A DNA stretch of 64,000 nucleotides from Mytilus trossulus (Eukaryota), in NCBI RefSeq assembly GCF_036588685.1, contig NC_086378.1, positions 91,140,001 through 91,204,000 on the forward strand, read 5' to 3'. The position numbers and the translations under genes are program-made. This document shows, piece by piece, positions 13,734 through 27,517 of this stretch. The notes beneath the pieces were generated by a model, which was given only the letters and a program-made list of their open reading frames with translations, was not told the DNA's origin and ran no database searches. Numbering within the stretch: position 1 is the stretch's first letter; each line of letters starts with the position of its first letter.

Positions 13734-15803
13734 AACTAGAATTGCCATTGCAAGCAATAGCGGATGTCACCCTTCCCCCATTGCCACTAAGCGACAGCCA
13801 TTTCAAAATAATTAAACAGTGAATACAGATCTATGAATTGCGATATAACTTTTTGTATATTTTGAGTTCATTTAGAGGATTGTCAAAAGTTTCACATTTC
13901 TTCTGTTTCCATGGCAACGGCAGCCATTTTGGAAATTCCAAAGTCAAAAGTCTCATCTGTACATGCCAGTTAACAATAATACTAAATTTCATTAAGTTTT
14001 GAGCATTTTGAAAATATTTGACATTTCTGCAGTTTCCATGGCAACGGTAGCCATTTTGGAAATTCTAACTCCAAAAGTCTCATCCAGACTTGCCATTTAC
14101 CAATCATATTAAGTTTCATCAATTTTGGAGCATTTTGAAATTTTTGAAATATTTGACATATCTGCAGTTTCCATGGCAACGGTGGCCATTTTGAAAATTC
14201 CAACTCCAAAAGTCTCATCCAGACTTGCCAGTCACCAATCCTATTAAGTTTCATCAATTTTGGAGCATTTTGAAATTTTTGAAATATTTGATCCTGTATC
14301 CATGGTAACATAGTAGTTCCAATGATTGTCAAAATCATACAAAACCTGTATATAGTGGACAACTATATTGTGTACAAATTTTATGATTTCATGTTCAAGC
14401 ATACCAAAGTTATTTACCAAACCTGGAAGTTTTTGGAGCATTTTGACCTTTTTGCATTGTTTCCATGGAAACGGCAGACATTTTTGAAATTCCAACGCCA
14501 AATTCCACATCAACCAAAGTTGCTCATCGTTATGCTACAGTTTCCAAAAAATTGGAGCATTTTCATATTTTTGAATTTTTTGGAGTAGTTTCCATGGCAA
14601 CATAGTGGTTCCAATGATTGCCAAAATCATCCAAAACCAGTGTATGGCTGGCACCTACATTGTATTAAAATATGATGATTCTGAGTTCAAGCATCTCCAA
14701 ATTATTCACAAAAACCAAAAACTGGAATTTTTCACAATTGTTCTGTTTCCATGGAAACGGCAGCCATTTTTAATGGTCTTGGACCCACCTGCAACCCGAA
14801 ATATTTAGTTCCTCCCTATGGTGAACTATCATTAAGATTGGTTCTATTTTACTCCAAAAAAGCTGACGGACAAAAAAAGGTGGAAGAATAATAATAATAA
14901 CTAGATTTGCGATTGCAAGCAATAGCGGATGGCACCCTTCCCCTATTGCCAGGTTAGCGGTAGCCATGGTAACGGCGGCCATTTTGGAAATTCCAAACTC
15001 AAAAGTCAAGTCTACATTAGCTGAGCAACATTTGTTATAAGTTTCCATAAATTTGAAGCATTTTGATTTTTTTTGTATTTTTGCTGTTTCCATGGTAACG
15101 GCGGCCATTTTGAATATTCCAAAGTCAAACCCCGGCTGCAATTTTTTCCCTCCACAATCATATACCATTTAATGTCTCTAGAATAAATTAAACATTGAAG
15201 TTCTAGAATGTTCTGTGAAAATTCAAAGTTTTGACCTTTTTGCATTGTTTCCATGGTAACAACAGCTATTTTGGAAATTCCAACGCCAAATTCCACATCT
15301 TCCAATGTTGCTCATCGTTACTGTGAAGTTTCATTAAGTTTGGAACATTTTGAGATTTTTGAATTTTTTGGAGTAGTATCCATGGCAACACAGTAATTCC
15401 AATGAGTGCCAAAATCATCCAACACCTGTATATAGTGGGCACCTACATTGTATTAAAATATAATGATTCTGAGTTAAATAGTATCCAAATAGTTCACCAA
15501 AACAAAAAACAGTATTTTTTCACATTTGTTTCGTTTCCATGGCAACGGCAGCCATCTTGATGGTGCCATACCCCGATTGCACAATTTCATATAGTGGTCC
15601 TCATTATGGTATAGTTCCATCAATATTGTTCAAGCCAATTCTGAGAAATAGCATGGACAAAAAAGTGTGGAAGAATAAATATAATAATAAGAAAAAAAGA
15701 AACGAACAATAACAATATGTCACCCCAACTCCGTTGAGGGTGCCATAACAAAGAAACATAAGAAAAGCAATATGTCACCCGACATTGTCGATCGGGTGAC
15801 ATA
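13734..15803 (-). mobile_element. Two nested HINEs of one family (inner ~14899-15747)
   Basis: Two ATTGCAAGCAATAGCGGATG ends (~13745, ~14912) and two ATGTCACCC...GGGTG[A/C]CATAA palindromic ends (~15717, ~15772); CCATGG[C/T]AAC core repeats. Confidence 0.8.
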
Positions 15804-16907
15804 ACTATCACAAAATTCTTCAGACAACTTACAAAAGTAAAGAAACAAAACAAAATGTCATTTATCATTAATAAATTGTCTTTTAAAAATCTTTAAAACT
15901 TGCCTGCAAGTGTAATCAATCTTTATATGTAAAATTAACCTTATTTTTCAAAGGGAAATAACTCAATCACATAATAAGTACCACGTTTGAATATTGGAAA
16001 GGGAAATTACTCAACAATAAGAAATGATAAAATCGTGAAAATTGAACATAACCTTGATTTAGTCACAGGAAACATCAAATCTAAATTTGAAATTTTTTTG
16101 TCAAAGTGTTTTTATGTTTATGAACAGACACAGTTTGGCAGTACACTGACCACCCACCCGCCGAACATCCCTAAATCAAGACCAAAATTTTTCCCTTTGA
16201 AAATCAAGTTTAAATTGCGAAAAATTTTATTTAGTTTTCCAACGATTGAAATAGTAATATATAATACCTTGGTTTTTCAACGTTATAAATCAAATGATTT
16301 TATATTTTTAAAATTGATTTTGAATATTTGTTTTTGTCTTAACACATACTTCATCATCATGGGTCACTCACTTTTAGAGAATTAAGTTACAAGAGGTAAA
16401 CATATTGATTGATATATACAATAATCACAATAATTTGGGACAATTTAGTACTAATTCTTCTGTATTATCAAACTTGAATTCAGAACTTATCACTTACTTT
16501 GTAAATGAAAGTAAAATATATCAAATAAATTTCTTAATACAATATGCTTTATCTCAAAACACACTGTCACATACATGTGTGAACCAAGAGGTAAAAATAT
16601 ACAAAATACAATCACATACAATCATAGAAAAAGTAAAACAATTCTATGAAATGGAATAACTAATAAAGTACAATGGATACCTGAATATCATGAGGTTTCA
16701 TGATGATACAAAATATCAAATGAATTCATTACTAAGCAGTATGACCTGAGGTGAGCAGCCAGATTGAGTGTTTGATATATTTTAAAATCAAAAGATCTTG
16801 GGATGACTTGTATAAATAGTATAAATATGTAATCAAGTAAACTATGTAAAAATAAAAAATATCACACAGCTAGTTTATATACAAGTATTTTTTATACAAA
16901 ACTTTGT

Positions 16908-19118
16908 AAAACCAGATGCTCCGCAGGGCGCAGCTTTATACGACTGCAGAGGTTGAACTCTGAACGGTTGGGGAAAGTATGGACACAACAGTCAAGCTGG
17001 ATTCAGCTCTAAATTTAGATTGTGATTAAATAGTTGACACAGCATAGGTTTCTGACACAGAATGAATGTGGTCTAATGAATTTAAAAAAAAATAAATTCG
17101 CCTTTGAGCAATTCACTATGCTGTTGAATATTAATCCCTTCAAAAAAATGTTTGAAGAAATTTTCTTTTTATTTATGAAATCTGAAATGAGAAAAATTGA
17201 CCCCCCCCCCCCCCCCCCCCCAATTTTTGTTTTCACATCCCCCTTTCCCTTATTCCAAAACTGATCTCAATTCAAATTTCTAATGGAGTTTGCAACAATA
17301 AGTGCTCATTTAAATACATCATAAAATATTAAAATGTAAAAAAAGTGCTTGTTATTACTGAATGGTAAAGATTTTTTAAATTAATCAGTTGGTAGTAAAA
17401 GTGAAAATACATTGCATATTGTATAAAACAATGATTTAAGTTGATTCAACTACTATTCTGGACAAAGAAAGATAACTCAAATTTTCAAAGAATATTGAAA
17501 ATATCTTGCTATTGCACAAATATCTATTCTGGACAAAGAAAGATAACTCCAATTGAAAATTGATTGCTATTGCACAATATTGTGCAATATTGTGCAATTA
17601 GATATTTCTTGCTATTACGCAATACTCAATACTGTCAATTGAACAATACTGTACAATTGAACAATACTGTACAATTGAACAATACTGTCAATTGAACAAT
17701 ACTGTCAATTGAACAATACTGTACAATTGAACAATACTGTCAATTGAACAATACTGTACAATTGAACAATACTGTACAATTGAACAATACTGTCAATTGA
17801 ACAATACTGTCAATTGAACAATACTGTCAACTGAACAATACTGTACAATTGAACAATACTGTACAATTGAACAATACTGTCAATTGAACAATACTGTACA
17901 ATTGAACAATACTGTACAATTGAACAATACTGTCAATTGAACAATACTGTCAATTGAACAATACTGTCAATTGAACAATACTGTACAATTGAACAATACT
18001 GTACAATTGAACAATACTGTCAATTGAACAATACTGTCAATTGAACAATACTGTACAATTGAACAATACTGTCAATTGAACAATACTGTACAATTGAACA
18101 ATACTGTACAATTGAACAATACTGTCAATTGAACCATTCTGTCAATTGAACAATACTGTCAATTGAACAATACTGTCAATTGAACAATACTGTACAATTG
18201 AACAATACTGTACAATTGAACAATACTGTGCATTTGAACAATACTGTCAATTGAACAATACTGTCAATTGAACAATACTGTACAATTGAAGATTTCTTGC
18301 TATTGCTGAATACTGTGCAATTGAAAATTTCTTGCTATTGCACAATACTTAATATAATAATTTTGAATCCTGATTTGGACCAACTTGAAAACTTTGCCCA
18401 TAATCAAATATCTAAGTACATTTTTAGATTCAGCATATCAAAGAAGCCCAAGAATTCAATTTTTGTTTAAATCAAACTTAGTTTAATTTTGGACCCTTTG
18501 GACCTTATGAAGACCAATTTGAAAATGGGACCAAAAATTAAGAATCTACTAACACAGTTAGATTTGGCATATCAAAGAACCTCAATTATTCAATTTTTGA
18601 TGAAATCAAACAAAGTTTAATTTTGGACCCCGATCTGGACCAACTTGAAAACTGGGCCAATAATAAAAAATCTAAGTACATTTTTTGATTCAGCATATCA
18701 AAGAACCCCAATGATTCAATTTTTGTTAAAATCAAACTTAGTTTAATTTTGGACCCTTTGGACCTTAATGTAGACCAATTTGAAAACGGGACCAAAAATA
18801 AAAAATCTACATACACAGTTAGATTCAGCATATCAAAGAACCCCAATTATTCAATTTTTGAAGAAATCAAACAAAGTTTAGGTTTGGACCCTTTGGGCCC
18901 CTTATTCCCAAACCGTTGGGACCAAAACTCCCAAAATCAATCCCAGCCTTCCTTTTGTGGTCATAAACCTTGTGTTAAAATTTCATAGATTTCTATTAAC
19001 TTTTACTAAAGTTAGAGTGCGAAAACTAAAAGTATTTGGACGACGATGACGACGACGCAGACGACAAAGTGATAGCAATATACGACGAAAATTTTCAAAT
19101 TTTGCGGTCGTATAAAAA
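16908..19118 (-). mobile_element. HINE with internal minisatellite and tandem TTTTGGACCC-type units
   Basis: TTTATACGAC...GTCGTATAAAA inverted ends and a (GAC)n microsatellite near 19040. Same family as the inverted copy at 60846-61935. Confidence 0.8.
17625..18290. repeat. Minisatellite TTGAACAATACTGT(A)CAA, mixed 17/18-bp units
   Basis: Directly visible tandem array. Confidence 0.95.
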
Positions 19119-19354
19119 TGTAGTAATTCAAGAGCATTCAACCCAGAGGTTTTACTACTTGCAGGACAAGTTTAAAACCTAGCCCCATCAGTAAAACCGG
19201 ATAGAGACTAAACAATATCACATAACTTGAAGACACCACAACCAATCATGTGCAGCATTAAAGAAAGTTCAAAAGTTGTTATTGCTATAAAAATCTATAG
19301 AAATATGTGTTATAATTCTCTATTCATCCTCTTTAAACAAATGATGCAAATGAG

Positions 19355-19554
19355 TCACTCCTGTTTTTCATACAACTGTCGGTTGAGAATACAAAGTTGT
19401 TTGACAAATCCATCATTAGGATGAACAGCTCTATTATCACGTACTGTCTTTAAGGCATCAACTAAAGTCATACCACGTTTTAACATCAGAAAGGCCAGAA
19501 CAATGGTAGCTGATCTACTGATTCCTTGGTGACAGTGTACATACACTTTATTGC
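19355..19554 (-). CDS. DUSP3: DUSP3/VHR-like atypical dual-specificity phosphatase, last coding exon
   Basis: P-loop VHCHQGISRSA and PNDGFVKQL; acceptor TTTCAG| at 19555; phase matches the previous exon (G+GC=Gly). Confidence 0.9.
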
Positions 19555-20168
19555 CTGAAATGATAAAAACATTCATAAACTACCTTTAGCATTGCAAGAG
19601 ACATGATTAATATTAGTAATGTATGTAGATATTATACAGTAGTTAAGCTATGTGTCTATGTATCTTTTGGTATTCCATTGACTGCCGATCATTGGATTTA
19701 AAAGAGGGAGCATTGAGAAGAAAAATTACTAATTTTATCCTTATCAATGGTAACATTGGACAAATCTTTCTATTTTATTGTCCTTTACAGAATTCTGTTT
19801 TAAAGAGAGGTCTGCAGTATGCTGTGTTTATAGAACTTATCCATAACCTTTCTGGAACCTGGGATCTTTAAAGAAAGATTTCAGAGTTAGGATTAGGAGC
19901 CTTTCATTCAATGGTTGTTCATAGTTGCTGTCTACCACATGTTTTAAGCATAAATTGTTGGTATTCCATTTAAATTTTTTTCCCATTTTACATGGCTGTT
20001 GGGTTTGTAGATTAAACTATGGTATGGGTTTGGCTTATTGTTAAATGCCATACTTGGTCTAGTAGTAACTAGTTACTTGGATACTTGTCTTTTGGTCTCA
20101 TGTGAATTGTTGTCTCAATGGCAAACATACCACATATCCTTACTGTTTAAATACAACAGTTGTTATCC

Positions 20169-20404
20169 ATTTGTTTAAGCTTTTGATTACAGCATTTGTT
20201 TAAGCTTTTGATTACAGCATTTGCTTAAGCTTTTGATTACAGCATTTGTTTAAGCTTTTGATTACAGCATTTGTTTAAGCTTTTGATTACAGCATTTGTT
20301 TAAGCTTTTGATTACAGCATTTGTTTAAGCTTTTGATTACAGCATTTGTTTAAGCTTTTGATTACAGCATTTGTTTAAGCTTTTGATTACAGCATTTGCT
20401 TAAG
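20169..20404. repeat. 25-bp intronic minisatellite, ~9.5 copies
   Basis: Unit ATTTGTTTAAGCTTTTGATTACAGC. Confidence 0.95.
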
Positions 20405-20464
20405 GACTGCCTGTTTAGAATTTTCCTTGGAGTTCAGTATTTTTTGTTATTTTACTTTTTATAC

Positions 20465-20688
20465 CTTGATCTTTTAGAGCTTTGTCTAGAAATTCAGCTG
20501 CCTTATCAAATTCTGGAGCCATTTTAAATGTTGATATGTCATTAGCTTTTATTCCATAGTACTGTATCCCTGCATTCTTAAAGTAACCAGAAGAAGTGTT
20601 TATCTGGTTAAATTTTGTCCCTTGAGCACAGTTCAACACATGTGTTATATTTTCTTTCTGTAATTTTTCTATGTCTGAGGCAATCTCT
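20465..20688 (-). CDS. DUSP3: DUSP3-like, middle coding exon
   Basis: ITHVLNCA and GIKAND (general-acid Asp); acceptor TTTTTCAG| and donor AG|GTAT; phases fit both neighbours. Confidence 0.9.
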
Positions 20689-20958
20689 CTGAAAAATAAA
20701 TTTGAATAGTTATTAAGATTAGATAATACCAAAATCTCTTTCCAAAACATATCAAGCTTGTCAACCAGAATTACTTACTGAGTAATATAGTAATGGTATT
20801 ACCAAATTAAAGTGGTCTCTTAAGTACACTGTAGCAATGATATACCAACATAATAAAGAGGTCTCAGTTTGTATGTATAACCAATGTCTATTGTCTTGGT
20901 ATCAATCCTGTAGTTTAGGATTTTAAACCAATAAAATGTCTTATCTTATCTTACTTAC

Positions 20959-21140
20959 TTGTCTCCAATGATGATACCAGGATAGACCTGATTATAATGG
21001 TCTTTAGGTCCACCAGGTAAAACAAACATATAGAAAGTTGGCTGGGCTCCATTAGGGGCCTTATCCTCTAAATGTCTATTTTGTGACTGAAACAGTAGGC
21101 TTCTAATTTCACCAAATAACTGTGGATCATACTCTGCCAT
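20959..21140 (-). CDS. DUSP3: DUSP3-like, first identified coding exon (spliced CDS 606 nt, 201 aa)
   Basis: MAEYDPQ...YNQVYPGIIIGD; donor AA|GTAAGT; acceptor TTTTACAG| 6 nt before the ATG, so an upstream exon is implied. Confidence 0.8.
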
Positions 21141-21144
21141 TGCT

Positions 21145-22677
21145 ATCTGTAAAATGTACAAAATGATCATGTAACATCTGTAAAATGTACAAAATGATCA
21201 TGTAACATCTGTAAAGTGTACAAAATGATCATGTTACATCTGTAAAATGTACAAAATGATAATGTAACATCTGTAAAGTGTACAAAATGATCATGTAACA
21301 TCTGTAAAGTGTACAAAATGATCATGTAACATCTGTAAAATGTACAAAATGATAATGTAACATCTGTAAAGTGTACAAAATGATCATGTAACATCTGTAA
21401 AGTGTACAAAATGATCATGTAACATCTGTAAAATGTACAAAATGATCATGTAACATCTGTAAAGTGTACAAAATGATCATGTAACATCTGTAAAATGTAC
21501 AAAATGATCATGTAACATCTGTAAAGTGTACAAAATGATCATGTAACATCTGTAAAATGTACAAAATGATCATGTAACATCTGTAAAGTGTACAAAATGA
21601 TCATGTAACATCTGTAAAATGTACAAAATGATCATGTAACATCTGTAAAGTGTACAAAATGATCATGTTACATATGTATAATGTACAAAATGATCATGTA
21701 ACATCTGTAAAATGTACAAAATGATCATGTAACATCTGTAAAATGTACAAAATGATCATGTAACATCTGTAAAGTGTACAAAATGATCATGTTACATCTG
21801 TAAAATGTACAAAATGATAATGTAACATCTGTAAAGTGTACAAAATGATCATGTAACATCTGTAAAATGTACAAAATGATCATGTAACATCTGTAAAATG
21901 TACAAAATGATCATGTAACATCTGTAAAATGTACAAAATGATCATGTAACAACTGTAAAATGTACAAAATGATCATGTAACATCTGTAAAGTGTACAAAA
22001 TGATCATGTTACATCTGTAAAATGTACAAAATGATCATGTTACATCTGTAAAGTGTACAAAATGATAATGTAACATCTGTAAAGTGTACAAAATGATCAT
22101 GTAACATCTGTAAAATGTACAAAATGATCATGTAACAACTGTAAAATGTACAAAATGATCATGTAACATCTGTAAAGTGTACAAAATGATCATGTTACAT
22201 CTGTAAAATGTACAAAATGATCATGTTACATCTGTAAAGTGTACACAATGATAATGTAACATCTGTAAAGTGTACAAAATGATCATGTAACATCTGTAAA
22301 ATGTACAAAATGATCATGTAACATCTGTAAAGTGTACAAAATGATCATGTAACATCTGTAAAATGTACAAAATGATCATGTAACATCTGTAAAATGTACA
22401 AAATGATAATGTAACATCTGTAAAGTGTACAAAATGATCATGTAACATCTGTAAAATGTACAAAATGATCATGTAACATCTGTAAAGTGTACAAAATGAT
22501 CATGTTACATATGTATAATGTACAAAATGATCATGTAACATCTGTAAAATGTACAAAATGATCATGTAACATCTGTAAAGTGTACAAAATGATCATGTAA
22601 CATCTGTAAAATGTACAAAATGATCATGTAACATCTGTAAAATGTACAAAATGATCATGTTACATCTGTAAAGTGTA
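21145..22677. repeat. 31-bp minisatellite, ~49 copies, containing the DUSP splice acceptor
   Basis: Unit ATCTGTAAA[A/G]TGTACAAAATGATCATGTAAC abuts the exon. Confidence 0.97.
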
Positions 22678-23119
22678 TCGTGTTTTATTCTTATCATGCT
22701 TATCATCTGATTTATTTTTAATCAGGTGTTCTTATAAAAATCTGAAAAGTTTAAACAATGTGCTATTTTAATAAATAGTCAAGTTTTATACCCTAGTTTT
22801 TTTAATATTCAGAATTTAAGTTAACCATGCATTATTTTAATAAACACACAGATTCGAACCATGCATTCTTTTCATAAACAGACAGGTTTGAACCATGTGT
22901 TATTCTAATAATTTTAAAAGTCAAAATGTGTTATTCTAAAAATAACCATACAAGTCAGCATGTGTTTACAGTGTTATTCTAATAATAATCATAAAGTTTA
23001 CTCTGATTTTTTTTAATAATAATCTGAAAAGGTTACCATACATGTGTAATTCCAAGTCTAATTATGTGTTATTTCAATAAACATGACTCAAGATAATTGA
23101 GCACTGTCAATATCATCTT

Positions 23120-24720
23120 CACTAGACAAGAATTACAATCCAGTCCCCTCCTCTCACCTAGCCAAGAATTACAATCCAGACCCCTCCTCTCACCTAGCCA
23201 AGAATTACAATCCAGTCCCCTCCCCTCACCTAGCCAAGAATTACAATCCAGTCCCCTCCCCTCACCTAGCCAAGAATTACAATCCAGTCCCCTCCTCTCA
23301 CCTAGCCAAGAATTACAATCCAGTCCCCTCCTCTCCACTAGCCAAGAATTACAATTCAGCCCCCTCCTCTCCACTAGCCAAGAATTACAATCCAGTCCCC
23401 TCCTCTCACCTAGCCAAGAATTACAATCCAGTCCCCTCCTCTCACCTAGCCAAGAAATACAATCCAGTCCCTCCTCTCACCTAGCCAAGAATTACAATCC
23501 AGTCCCTCCTCTCACCTAGCCAAGAATTACAATCCAGTCCCTCCTCTCACCTAGCCAAGAATTACAATCCAGTCCCTCCTCTCACCTAGCCAAGAATTAC
23601 AATCCAGTCCCCTCCTCTCACCTAGCCAAGAATTACAATCCAGTCCCCTCCTCTCACCTAGCCAAGAAATACAATCCAGTCCCCTCCTCTCCACTAGCCA
23701 AGAATTACAATTCAGCCCCCTCCTCTCACCTAGCCAAGCATTACAATCCAGTCCCCTCCTCTCACCTAGCCAAGAAATACAATCCAGTCCCCTCCTCTCC
23801 ACTAGCCAAGAATTACAATTCAGCCCCCTCCTCTCACCTAGCCAAGAATTACAATCCAGTCCCCTCCTCTCCACTAGCCAAGAATTACAATCCAGTCCCC
23901 TCCTCTCACCTAGCCAAGAATTACAATCCAGTCCCCTCCTCTCACCTAGCCAAGAAATACAATCCAGTCCCTCCTCTCCACTAGCCAAGAATTACAATTC
24001 AGTCCCCTCCTCTCACCTAGCCAAGAATTACAATCCAGTCCTCTCCTCTCCACTAGCCAAGAATTACAATCCAGTCCCTCCTCTCACCTAGCCAAGAATT
24101 ACAATCCAGTCCCCTCCTCTCACCTAGCCAAGAATTACAATTCAGCCCCCTCCTCTCACCTAGCCAAGAATTACAATCCAGTCCCCTCCTCTCCACTAGC
24201 CAAGAATTACAATCCAGTCCCCTCCTCTCACCTAGCCAAGAATTACAATCCAGTCCCCTCCTCTCACCTAGCCAAGAAATACAATCCAGTTCCTCCTCTC
24301 CACTAGCCAAGAATTACAATTCAGTCCCCTCCTCTCACCTAGCCAAGAATTACAATCCAGTCCTCTCCTCTCCACTAGCCAAGAATCACAATCCAGTCCC
24401 TCCTCTCACCTAGCCAAGAATTACAATCCAGTCCCCTCCTCTCACCTAGCCAAGAAATACAATCCAGTCCCTCCTCTCACCTAGCCAAGAAATACAATTC
24501 AGTCCCCTCCTCTCACCTAGCCAAGAATTACAATCCAGTCCCCTCCTCTCACCTAGCCAAGAATTACAATCCAGTCCTCTCCTCTGCACTAGCCAAGAAT
24601 TACAATCCAGTCCCCTCCTCTCCACTAGCCAAGAATTACATTCCAGTCCCCTCCTCTCCACTGGATCATAATCTTCACTAGCCAAGAATTACAACCCAGT
24701 CCCCTCCTCTCCACTGGATC
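23120..24720. repeat. 35/36-bp minisatellite, ~44 copies
   Basis: Unit CTAGCCAAGAATTACAATCCAGTCCCCTCCTCTCAC. Confidence 0.97.
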
Positions 24721-25086
24721 ATAATCCTTGGCTGGCAAAGATGTCACTGCTGACTAATGTCAAGAGAAAATCTACATTATTAAACAGTATAACAAATTTT
24801 GTGGATGGCTCTGTCAATGTCTGTAAATAAGCAGGTTTAATTATTCTTAAACATTTTTTTTCAATGATTGAATGATCTCCTCTATGCTGCTCTGAAAACT
24901 TGGAATGCATGTTAAGGAACTGCAAGTTGTAATAGGTAGTCTTTAAAAAGGATGTTCATTGTCCATGAAATTATACTTTTAGAAAGAGTTAAAACAGATT
25001 ACTAAAGACAACAACTGAACACTGTATGATAGCATTCCAGTCAAAGAGAAATACATGAAAATAAGAAAATTTAAAGTTAATACTAA

Positions 25087-25762
25087 CAGTCAGGGGTACT
25101 ACTTGTACAAGTGTATTTTATTTACTTGAAGAAGTGAAAAAAAAATATACCTATATAAGTAAATAAATAATGTTTGAATAATCTCCCCTTAATTTTCTGA
25201 AAAATTTACTTGTATAAGTAAATTTTTCTTACAATCCCACAAAAATCCTCAAGTTTTGAGATGTAAAATCATGCCTTTAATGATTTTTCCCAGGTTTGCT
25301 CAAATTTTTTCATTAAAGTTCAATGTTTCATCTCATTAATTCATCAAAGAAACTGATTGAGCAAAGATCTTTTATATTTGCGCAAGGCCTTCAAAAATTG
25401 CTCCTTTGGGGCTTGTAAATGAGCAGTGTTAAGAAGATAACAGACAAATGGGACTTTCATTGTCCATGAAATTACACTTAAATGATTAGTAAAGAGATCT
25501 GCAAATAGTACACAATTTAAAATTCTATTAGAGCAAAGAAATATTCAGAATTTAAGAAAAGAAGAAAGTTTGATTTTTTTACCTATACAAGTAAAAAAAT
25601 CTGAATGGCGAAGGGACATAACTCAGCCAATATTTTTTTTTACCTATACAAGTAAATAAAATCCACTTGTATAAGTATCCAACAAATTTACTTATATGTG
25701 TATATTTTTTTTTACTTCTTTAAGTAAATAAAATACACTTGTATAAGTAGTACTCCTGACTG
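25087..25762. mobile_element. MITE with ~75-bp imperfect TIRs and 5-bp TSD
   Basis: CAGTCAGG[G/A]GTACTACTT... inverted ends; ACTAA on both sides. Confidence 0.8.
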
Positions 25763-25891
25763 ACTAAATTGAGTAAAAAGTAATAAATCTAAATAATAAT
25801 TAAAGGAGATGTTCTCTTCTACATGTACAGGTCATATGTGTTTTCTTCTAGATATACATGTCATATGCATTCTCTTCTATATATGTCATAT

Positions 25892-26090
25892 ATAGATATA
25901 GGAAGATGTGGTGTGAGTGTCAATGAGACAACTCTCCATCCAAATAACAATTTATAAAAGTAAACCATTTTAAATGTACTGCCTTCAACACAGAGCCTTG
26001 GCTCATACCGAACAACAAGCTATAAAGGGCCCCAAAATTACAAGTGTAAAACCATTCAAACCGGAAAACCAACGGTCTAATCTATATAAA
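25892..26090 (+). mobile_element. Left half of an interspersed repeat split by the 7.6-kb insertion (right half ~33690-33935)
   Basis: Similar to 36705-36880. The motif order AATGAGACAAC...TCCTGACTT[A/G]GGACAGG matches the uninterrupted relative at 7640-7940 (inverted). Confidence 0.65.
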
Positions 26091-27020
26091 TCAAAGAGCA
26101 GAATGCTCTGAGGGATACGATTGCCATAGTTTTCATTGACACATGTATAGCAGTTCTGCCAAATTTTCATTAAACAAATGCACGAGATTTGGCCAAAATT
26201 CAAAAGATCAAAGAGGAAAGAAATAGATCCAAGAATACTGTTGCAAAAAAAGCATGAACATACGCGAGTCTCAAGCATTTTTGGCCGGTAACCCTGGTAC
26301 AGCTGGATAGTATTATTCTCTAAACTAATTCAACTGCACATGCAAAATGTAACAATCTGAATAGTCACTCAACTTAAAGAATAGCCAATCCCCGTTACAA
26401 GTGTATGAGCCATGTACTTATTGTGTTTTATCGAATTATAGTTATCCTGTATGATTGTAAACTCGTACCATTAAAAAAAAACTTGTACCAATGCAAACTC
26501 GTACCATTGCTTACTCGTACCAACTTATTTAAATGCATTCAAATGGTGTTAAATGATGAATATACATGATATACGTTACTTTCACCCAATACCTCTTAAG
26601 TCTGTAAAATGTATATAATTTGAAAGTACAATGACCAATTTGTAGCTTATGTTCCTTGAATATTGGATAGAAAATACTGTGGCAGATGTAGATAATTAAG
26701 GTATATACAGTTTCACCCGAAGAAAATTTTTCATGAATAATTAAATCTTAGCAGTTAGTCAAAATGATTGCCAAAATTATTTTTACTGTCTATAAATAAA
26801 TGTAACAATGAAATTTAACTGATTCCTGTTAAGGGGGTCCGCATTTTCCCCGCAAAAAAAGCACATGGCTTTCAACAATTGTAAACATAGCATTCAATTT
26901 GTGATCATGGATTACAGCTTTAATTAACTTAAATTGGATATATACATATTCAACATGTTCAATTTTAATAAGGTACAGTTAAAGAAATGTTTTAACTTTC
27001 CTCTGGATTAAGTTCTACGT

Positions 27021-27165
27021 ACAGTGGCGGATCCAGAACTTTTCCTAAGGGGGAGCCCGCTGACTGACCTAAGAGGGGGCCCGCTCCAGTCATGCTTCAA
27101 TGATTCCCTTTATTATCAACCAAATTTTTTCCACAAAAAAAGGGGGGGGGCTGGATCCGCCTATG
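27021..27165. mobile_element. Short GGCGGATCC-family MITE (other copies ~35960, 39610, 43341, 45650, 46680, 48482)
   Basis: CAGTGGCGGATCCAG...CTGGATCCGCC inverted ends. Confidence 0.75.
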
Positions 27166-27434
27166 TTCTAGTTTGAAAGATCAGTTAAAACATTAATGCT
27201 TTAAAACATTCTTTATTTTTGTCTAAGTTTTCATTTAACTCCTGTGTAAAATTCAAGTAATTCAACTTTATTTCTATTAAGTTTACAAACAGAAACCCAT
27301 AAAACATCATATTTTTTATATATTTTTCTGAATGTTACGACTTCCCAGTAGTACAAATTAACTTTTTTGGTTCCAATGCCGTGTTATGAGTTAACTTGCT
27401 TCCGTATCTTATCACCGTAATTCTAGGAGGAACC

Positions 27435-27517
27435 CTAAACTGGACCCCTATTGTGTTCACTTATCGCTACACTGACCTTCGGTGCGAAGCTATATATAGA
27501 ACGGCGGACCAGTTTAG
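27435..27517. mobile_element. 83-bp MITE with 8-bp TSD
   Basis: CTAAACTGG...CCAGTTTAG flanked by GAGGAACC on both sides. Confidence 0.7.

Noticed and set aside
23069-24685. Repetitive ORFs (ERRGLDCNSWLG / SQELQSSPLLSP)
   Set aside because: Minisatellite translations; 35-bp units break the frame
21145-24720. CRISPR-like appearance of the 31-bp and 36-bp arrays
   Set aside because: No unique spacers, no cas genes, eukaryotic context
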